Below are positions 1 to 5,130 of a stretch of 11,496 bases of DNA, one piece after another; the stretch's first letter is position 1; each line of letters begins with the position of its first letter. The notes under the pieces are model-generated. The model was not told the origin of the DNA, made no database searches, and worked only from the letters and a program-made list of their open reading frames with translations. The translations under genes were made by a program, and so were the position numbers. The stretch is from a virus (taxonomy: Duplodnaviria > Heunggongvirae > Uroviricota > Caudoviricetes), in the IMG/VR virus record IMGVR_UViG_2541047847_000003, positions 1 to 11,496 of that record. One strand, written 5' to 3'.

Positions 1-95
1 AGTTTGCTCCTGCCATAACGTGAAGAAGCAATGACCTGGTGGTCCGTGACTTCCCTACGCTGGCATTATCCAGATCAGGTGATACGGGTATTTCT
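1..95 (-). promoter_or_regulatory. thiM: 3' part of the thiM TPP riboswitch (aptamer 3' half plus expression platform); thiM start codon lies just beyond the left edge
   Basis: Reverse complement of 1..95 reads AGAAAUACCCGUAUCACCUGAUCUGGAUAAUGCCAGCGUAGGGAAGUCACGGACCACCAGGUCAUUGCUUCUUCACGUUAUGGCAGGAGCAAACU, which matches the well-studied E. coli thiM thi-box leader as I recall it. Confidence 0.85.
82..95. other. attL core: 14-bp ATACGGGTATTTCT, identical to the copy at 11083..11096
   Basis: Exact 14-bp direct repeat at both island ends; flanking bases differ on both sides (81 g vs 11082 a; 96 t vs 11097 c). The repeat lies inside the riboswitch sequence. Confidence 0.75.
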
Positions 96-160
96 TACTA
101 ATTACTTTTACCAGTTGATAATAAATAAGTTTTTAAGAACGCATAAATTAAAAACCTCAG

Positions 161-235
161 AACTGACCACACAACTGACCACACATTTTGTTGAAGCTCT
201 ACGAACAACGACGAACAATAACAAACAAAAGGGAA
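161..235. repeat. attL-proximal arm block: tandem AACTGACCACAC x2 followed by ACGAACAA-type repeats; homologous to 10929..10995
   Basis: AACTGACCACAC at 161..172 and 173..184. The roughly 75-bp block is about 80% identical (by eye) to the block beside int at the other end, in the same orientation. Confidence 0.6.
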
Positions 236-1134
236 ATTTGCTGGTGGTTTTGCTTAACCGTTATCATTTTTCGGCTATCCGTCATGAAGCTGGTGGATGA
301 TCACGGATAACCAGGCATCCACAGCGCCTTAAAAAGCTGAACCCGACAAACATTTCTGCTTATCGGGTCCGATCGCTCTTTCTGCTCGTGGCAGATGAGT
401 TTATTGGGAGAGGCGGAAACATTGTATCAGGCTATCCCCTTTCTGTGCTGATTTGCATAGTTGTATATAGCTGTGCGTCCACCAGACACGCAGGAATGGA
501 GTTTGTGAGGAACTATAAATCCTGCGCAAATTTTCCCGGCCCACTCAAATTGAGTTTTCCGAAAATATCAACGGCTTAGGCCAAAGCCCGAAAAAGGGCT
601 TTGTAAAAAATTAACCTAATACGGTCGCTTTAACCTACGGTAATCGTTCTGCTTCGGTGTGTGTCCCCTCTGCGGCCATCATGACCATGCCATAACAAAA
701 ACCCCATATTCGTGGTTTTTCTGTGTCGGGGCTATTCTGCTGTTGCCGTGCTGGTGGATATTCTCCGGTATGCGACTCCCCATATCGGCATCAGGCCCAC
801 CAGCGTGAAGCGTTTTTCATTTTTCGCGGGTATAAAAAATTGATGGGGCTGGCAGTCCGGAAGACGTCAGGGTACAGAGATTTGACCCGCCCCTCCCTGT
901 GCATAAGCACAATAAGTAACAGAAGGCGGAATTCCGCCCTCGGTACTCACATATGAGAAACGATATTTCTTCCACCGATACCCTTTATTTGGGTATCGCG
1001 AGTAAGCCCCAAAATCTGGGTGTTACTCTTACTACCCAAACTACGGGTGGTTTCCGTAGTTTCATGGTCGAGTTGCAGATCTGCAACTCACCCACCAGCC
1101 AACGCAATTTTGCGTTATCGGGAATATCAGGAAT

Positions 1135-1419
1135 CTACCGCCGCAACCGTTCCGGCTTCCTCCACTGGTAAGTATTTTTCGCGCTCTCCCTCCGTTGTTG
1201 AGAACGGCGACGGTATGCCAGCAACTCAAGGACTCTGATCCGTATGTCGCGCATATCCACGCCGTTAAGCTCGATACCGTCACGGCGCATCATCTCAGCC
1301 ACCACACGCGCGTAATTTTCGGCTATCACGCTGTCCGGCTGCGTGGCCTCCTGTTTGCTTGATGGTTGTTTGATTCCGGTAACGCGGCGGATTAATCCCA
1401 GCAATTCAGATTCTGTCAT
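1135..1419 (-). CDS. Small protein immediately downstream of terS; possible lambda gpFI-like packaging accessory protein
   Basis: ORF of 94 aa. N-terminus MTESELLGLIRRVTG resembles lambda FI MTKDELIARLRSLG, and VVAEMMRRDG resembles the FI C-terminal VAAEMTERG, both from memory. The C-terminal 40 aa are basic and low-complexity. Confidence 0.45.
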   Translation of the reverse strand: MTESELLGLIRRVTGIKQPSSKQEATQPDSVIAENYARVVAEMMRRDGIELNGVDMRDIRIRVLELLAYRRRSQQRRESAKNTYQWRKPERLRR

Positions 1420-1430
1420 AGTGCGCTACG

Positions 1431-1958
1431 TTACTTGTCTTTATTCGGCTGCAACTTATCCGGCACATTTCCGGTAGTTTCCATCAGGTAATCAGCCAGT
1501 ATCTGCGGGAGGTTGTCGTCAACTCCGGCACTGGCATTACAGGCTTTAGCCACTTCCTTTTTAAGTCCATCCAGCATAGCCGGAGTCATCTGTGGGAAGC
1601 GCCTTTGCATGGTAAGCGGCAGACTGTCCATGATAGATGAAATCTGACTCGCCAGTTTGGAAAGAACATACATACAAAACTCTGTATCAATAACGTCGCC
1701 GCGTTCGCGCTCGTTTTTAAGCTCCTGCGCCTCTGCCTGTGCTGTCAGTAATCTGATCCTGACGCGTAAAAGTTCATCGTCATCAATATCGCCCGTTTCG
1801 TTTGTAATCTGACTAATTGCATTGTTAACCCGATTATCTATTACACTGGCAACATCATAGAATGCCTCACGGCCCTTACGCTCGACGGGAATCACTCCCC
1901 ACTTATCAAACGCAGTGGCGCTTACACGGCAACTTTTTGCCATGTTTTTTTTGTTCAT
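1431..1958 (-). CDS. Terminase small subunit, lambda Nu1 family
   Basis: Translation aligns with lambda Nu1: RLLTAQAEAQELKNERERGDVIDTEFCMYVLSKLASQISSIMDSLPLTMQRRFP versus RLTRAQADAQELKNARDSAEVVETAFCTFVLSRIAGEIASILDGLPLSVQRRFP. N-terminal DNA-binding region is more diverged. Start chosen at the ATG giving MNKKN; the ORF track extends to 1982. Confidence 0.85.
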   Translation of the reverse strand: MNKKNMAKSCRVSATAFDKWGVIPVERKGREAFYDVASVIDNRVNNAISQITNETGDIDDDELLRVRIRLLTAQAEAQELKNERERGDVIDTEFCMYVLSKLASQISSIMDSLPLTMQRRFPQMTPAMLDGLKKEVAKACNASAGVDDNLPQILADYLMETTGNVPDKLQPNKDK

Positions 1959-2083
1959 CAGGTGCAATTTCATTGATACCACAACTTAATTACTGTTTCA
2001 GGTTGGTGTATTGATTGTATTTTTCTCTTCTTATTCATAGAGATAGAGCGAACAACAAAACCACCACCAGCCCCCTGAAAATG

Positions 2084-2148
2084 CTCATAAATAGCGAAAA
2101 CCCGCGAGGTCGCCGCCCCGTAGCCTGCCGGATCGCCGGAAAGGACCC
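2084..2148 (-). other. Lambda-type cos site (cosQ-like and cosN; 12-nt cohesive-end sequence at 2107..2118)
   Basis: Reverse complement of 2084..2120 is ACGGGGCGGCGACCTCGCGGGTTTTCGCTATTTATGA, identical to the lambda cosN junction and left end. 2119..2148 matches the lambda right-end cosQ region at about 27 of 30 positions. Lies about 130-150 bp upstream of terS, as in lambda. Confidence 0.85.
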
Positions 2149-2174
2149 GCCAGCCAGAACGGGCCCTAATTTCA

Positions 2175-2558
2175 TCAACCAATCAACTTATAGCGACCAT
2201 CCCGTGCATTGCGACGTACACGCTCAATCTTGAGGCATAGCGCCGCATCTGGCTTTTTGGGGACAGGTACGCGGCAATATTCAGAAGCTCGAGGAATATT
2301 GTTTATCCAGTCGATCACTTCACTTAAATACCAGGCCTTACGCCCTTCCGTAACCTGTACGCGTTCGGGGAACTCTCCACGAGCCTCAAGGTTTAGCAAT
2401 GTGCGACGGCTAAGGGTAGTAAGTTCCATCACCTGATTCATATCAACAAGGCGTTCACTTAAACGCATTTTGTCAGCAATAGCCTTTAATTCCTCTACTG
2501 CTGGATCCGGATACATCATTTCGGCAATTGGCTTAAGGTCATTGTAATGATTCTGCAT
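2175..2558 (-). CDS. AlpA/Vis-family HTH protein (second copy), 127 aa
   Basis: Central segment LTTLSRRTLLNLEARGEFPERVQVTEGRKAWYLSEVIDWI matches the AlpA-type HTH pattern. GGGGGA Shine-Dalgarno 4 nt upstream of the ATG; sits between the decoration gene and cos. Confidence 0.65.
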   Translation of the reverse strand: MQNHYNDLKPIAEMMYPDPAVEELKAIADKMRLSERLVDMNQVMELTTLSRRTLLNLEARGEFPERVQVTEGRKAWYLSEVIDWINNIPRASEYCRVPVPKKPDAALCLKIERVRRNARDGRYKLIG

Positions 2559-2569
2559 TGTATCCCCCT

Positions 2570-2911
2570 TTACACACGAGCCAGCGGCTGAACAGAAATA
2601 CCTGAGCCAACAAACGCGGCAACCTTTGCCGACAGTTCTCTTACAGACTCAGGCCAGTTCAGAGCATCAACATTTAAAACACCTGTCTTATAAACCTGTG
2701 CCTGTGTTTTTTTCGCTGTGTCGATTTGTACAGCGGAAACATAAACCGCTTTGCCTGCGCTCGTTCCATCCCATACCACTAGCGCACCAGTTGCATCTTC
2801 CTGCATCAGTGGCGTAAACGCAGGTATTACCCCTTTATTGGCTGAAAATATCCCCAGCGTAGTAACCAGTGCTTCAGTGCCAGACATGAGTTCAGTGTAA
2901 TGAGTAGCCAT
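2570..2911 (-). CDS. Head decoration protein, lambda gpD-like
   Basis: 113 aa. FTPLMQEDATGALVVWDGTSAGKAV parallels lambda gpD [25 protein letters not shown]; similar length. GGGGGAG Shine-Dalgarno 9 bp after the MCP stop. Confidence 0.8.
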   Translation of the reverse strand: MATHYTELMSGTEALVTTLGIFSANKGVIPAFTPLMQEDATGALVVWDGTSAGKAVYVSAVQIDTAKKTQAQVYKTGVLNVDALNWPESVRELSAKVAAFVGSGISVQPLARV

Positions 2912-2920
2912 TGCTCCCCC

Positions 2921-3967
2921 TTAGCCAATGCGAACGGTAACAAAACGATTGATGCGGGCCGGTATTGGCTGTGGTGCTGAATGTGTCTGCACATATTCAA
3001 TAGCCGGATCACCAGGCACAATATAGTTTTTCGGTGCAAGTTCGGCTTTAGTCAGCCCCATCCGAATTAGCTCCGGATCCTGAATACCGCCATAAGCGAC
3101 AATCCCCTGAAGAGCCGTATTGCCAAGCACCATCAAATCAGGATCAAGGAAATATTTTTCAGTTCCGTCCTCGTCGGTATAACGCCCGCTGTAAACAACA
3201 ATCGCAACATCGCCCATATACCCTTTAAAACTCACCGAATCACCAAGGTCTTTAAGGGCCGTTTCCAGTTCGGAATTAGAACCTCGACGGGTATCCAGAG
3301 CCTCTTTTACAGCTCTGAATGAGCGGTATTTTTTCCATACATTGCCGCCCATAATAATGATATTAGTGACTCCCTCACTAAATTCTGCGTAGCTCTCAAT
3401 ATCATCATTTGGATCAAAAGATCCTTTATCCTTACCTGACCACTCAGCACCGCCAGACTGAGTGATGATATTTTGTGGTTTAATATTCCAGTCCAGTTCA
3501 TAACGTTCAATACCATCGCCCTCAATGATATTTTTCCCCGTTGTGATTGCCTGAACAGCAAGCCATTCAATACGTGCACGTATAGCTTTAGCCTGATTTA
3601 CAATCGCCTGTTTAACTTTAATATTACGCGCCCCAAAAGCATTGTATTGTTCAGGTGATACACCAGCAGGGCGCACAGCTAACTTATTTGGATCAATGCT
3701 GCTTTTCGGTTTCATATAGCCAGGGCGAATTGTTTTTGATTCGTATCCCTCATCTCGTGAAACTTTACTGCCCACCATAGGAGAGCAAAACGCCGCGATC
3801 GGGATATTTGGATCGTCGATCGTATCAAGAATAATGTCTCTCGATTCAAACATTACCGAGCGAGTGAAAAACAAACTGGTAAACAACGCATTTAATTTTT
3901 TTTGCACATCTTCAGCATTAGCCACCTGCACAAGCTGTGTAGGCGAATATAAATCAACCATACTCAT
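2921..3967 (-). CDS. Major capsid protein, lambda gpE family
   Basis: Long collinear similarity to lambda gpE, for example NIITQSGGAEWSGKDKGSFDPNDDIESYA and AVKEALDTRRGSNSELETALKDLG and GDVAIVVYSG. Start set at MSMVDLY (lambda begins MSMYTT) with AAGAGG just upstream; the ORF track start at 4048 is probably an upstream extension. Confidence 0.9.
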   Translation of the reverse strand: MSMVDLYSPTQLVQVANAEDVQKKLNALFTSLFFTRSVMFESRDIILDTIDDPNIPIAAFCSPMVGSKVSRDEGYESKTIRPGYMKPKSSIDPNKLAVRPAGVSPEQYNAFGARNIKVKQAIVNQAKAIRARIEWLAVQAITTGKNIIEGDGIERYELDWNIKPQNIITQSGGAEWSGKDKGSFDPNDDIESYAEFSEGVTNIIIMGGNVWKKYRSFRAVKEALDTRRGSNSELETALKDLGDSVSFKGYMGDVAIVVYSGRYTDEDGTEKYFLDPDLMVLGNTALQGIVAYGGIQDPELIRMGLTKAELAPKNYIVPGDPAIEYVQTHSAPQPIPARINRFVTVRIG

Positions 3968-4132
3968 CCTCTTTACATTCATTACAAATAATTGTGAATA
4001 TATTCTATTACCGATGTCTGCTATGCGAATACATGCAACCAAGTGCAATGTTGTATAAAATCTGCCGTGACAACTTCAGTGCTGATAATTCGTGTTAATG
4101 TATTTACTTCCTTTGGTCGGGATTTATGTAGC

Positions 4133-4171
4133 ATGCCGGAAAATCTATTTTCTTCCGGCATTTTTTTATTT
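4133..4171 (+). terminator. Intrinsic-terminator-like hairpin with T-run on the plus strand
   Basis: ATGCCGGAA (4133..4141), 11-nt loop, TTCCGGCAT (4153..4161), then TTTTTTTATTT. On the minus strand the hairpin has no U-run after it. Confidence 0.45.
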
Positions 4172-4178
4172 GCAGAAT

Positions 4179-4601
4179 TTAAAACGGTATATTATCGCCG
4201 TACGGATCATCATTCCCCGACTGTTGTTTTGCCCTGTTCAGTGCGTCAGTAGCCTGGCCCTGTTGACCTTTTTTGCCGCCCGGTCGCGCCGTTCTGGCAC
4301 TGATTACACTGTCTGCGATAACCTGCCAGCCCTGCCGCGTTTCGCCGTTCTGGCCTGTCCACTGGCTTACCTGCATGTTACCCGCCACGCTCACCAGTTC
4401 GCCTTTGTGGTGTTTTGCCAGTGCGTCGGCCTGTCTGCCAAACGCCAGGACGGATAACCACATCGTCGCCGTTCCGTCATCTGCCTGGCTGCACGGAAGT
4501 GGGACCGCCATACTCGCCATCGTCATTTGTGTACCCTTGCTGGTGGTCTTTAACTGCGGGTCAGCCACCAGCCGCCCGTAAGCCGCTATCTGTGCTGTCA
4601 T
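4179..4601 (-). CDS. Single-stranded DNA-binding protein (SSB-like)
   Basis: 140 aa with an OB-fold-like pattern (WLSVLAFGRQADALAKHHKGELVSVAGNMQVSQWTGQNGETRQ), a Gly/Gln-rich linker and a C-terminal DDPYGDNIPF resembling the SSB DDDIPF tail. Confidence 0.7.
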   Translation of the reverse strand: MTAQIAAYGRLVADPQLKTTSKGTQMTMASMAVPLPCSQADDGTATMWLSVLAFGRQADALAKHHKGELVSVAGNMQVSQWTGQNGETRQGWQVIADSVISARTARPGGKKGQQGQATDALNRAKQQSGNDDPYGDNIPF

Positions 4602-4843
4602 GCTGTCTGCTCTCCGGTTTTAACGTTGATGGTTGTCACCTGTTCCGCTTCGGCAATCTCCCGTTCTGTCAGCGTGGCAAAGTTTGCAGCTGCCGTTGTC
4701 ATGAATGAGCTAATCAGTTCGGGATGTGCTTTCGCATATCCTTCCCCGGCGTTGCGGTCGATGATTTTTATCGACACCCTTAACCAGTGTTCCGTCAAAT
4801 CAAGGGCGTGCGATTGTGATTTTTTTGTGTGCTTCGCTGTCAT
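4598..4843 (-). CDS. Hypothetical protein, 81 aa, translationally coupled to ssb
   Basis: ORF whose stop overlaps the ssb start by 4 bp (ATGA); no recognisable motifs. Confidence 0.45.
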   Translation of the reverse strand: MTAKHTKKSQSHALDLTEHWLRVSIKIIDRNAGEGYAKAHPELISSFMTTAAANFATLTEREIAEAEQVTTINVKTGEQTA

Positions 4844-4895
4844 AGGCTTTATCTCACAGCAGTAAATTAAAATTTTTGCGTTTTAACCCTTCACC

Positions 4896-5116
4896 TGTTC
4901 ACCTTTTGATATTTTATCTTTTAATTCATAATGTTAAGGGGTGAACAGTTTCACAAAAACTATTCACCAACTGTTCACCACTGTTCACCCTTGAAGCTCA
5001 ATAAACAATCAAAAAGGTGAACAGTGAATAGTTTGGTGAACAGTTCATAAATAACTGTTCACCCTATAACATACTGATACAAAAGATATTTATGACAGGG
5101 TGAACAGTGGTGAACA
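4896..5116. repeat. Origin-like iteron cluster: about 10 copies of TGTTCACC/GGTGAACA in both orientations with AT-rich spacers (P4 ori/crr type)
   Basis: TGTTCACC at 4896, 4972, 4982, 5056; GGTGAACA at 4940, 5016, 5035, 5099, 5109; variants at 4961 and 5024. Immediately downstream of the alpha-like gene. Confidence 0.85.
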
Positions 5117-5130
5117 GTTATTCCATAAGT

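Noticed and set aside
1-240. Tandem-island hypothesis, in which the left repeat block belongs to a second neighbouring island's int upstream region
   Set aside because: Positions 1..81 are chromosomal thiM leader, not island sequence, and the order of core and arm block is mirrored at the two ends, as expected for attL and attR of a single element.
31-300. 89-aa plus-strand ORF at the left end
   Set aside because: It runs antisense through the thiM riboswitch, the att core and the arm repeats; the shared LTTQLTTHF peptide with the ORF at 10875..11078 is just the translated AACTGACCACAC repeat.
405-423. Possible P2/P4-type cos (GGCGAGGCGGGGAAAGCAC-like)
   Set aside because: Only a loose resemblance (GGGAGAGGCGGAAACATTG); a bona fide lambda-type cos is present at 2084..2148 beside the terS gene.
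388-1283. Several 60-77-aa ORFs on both strands (388..579, 723..956, 953..1171, 1020..1238, 1062..1283)
   Set aside because: Non-coding-like composition, GTG or absent starts, and overlap with each other and with the hairpin cluster or the FI-like gene.
3307-3579. 90-aa minus-strand ORF inside the capsid gene, plus antisense ORFs within the capsid, ssb and alpha genes (3473..3658, 4092..4457, 5831..6316)
   Set aside because: Alternative-frame or antisense ORFs nested in genes with clear homology; no independent support.
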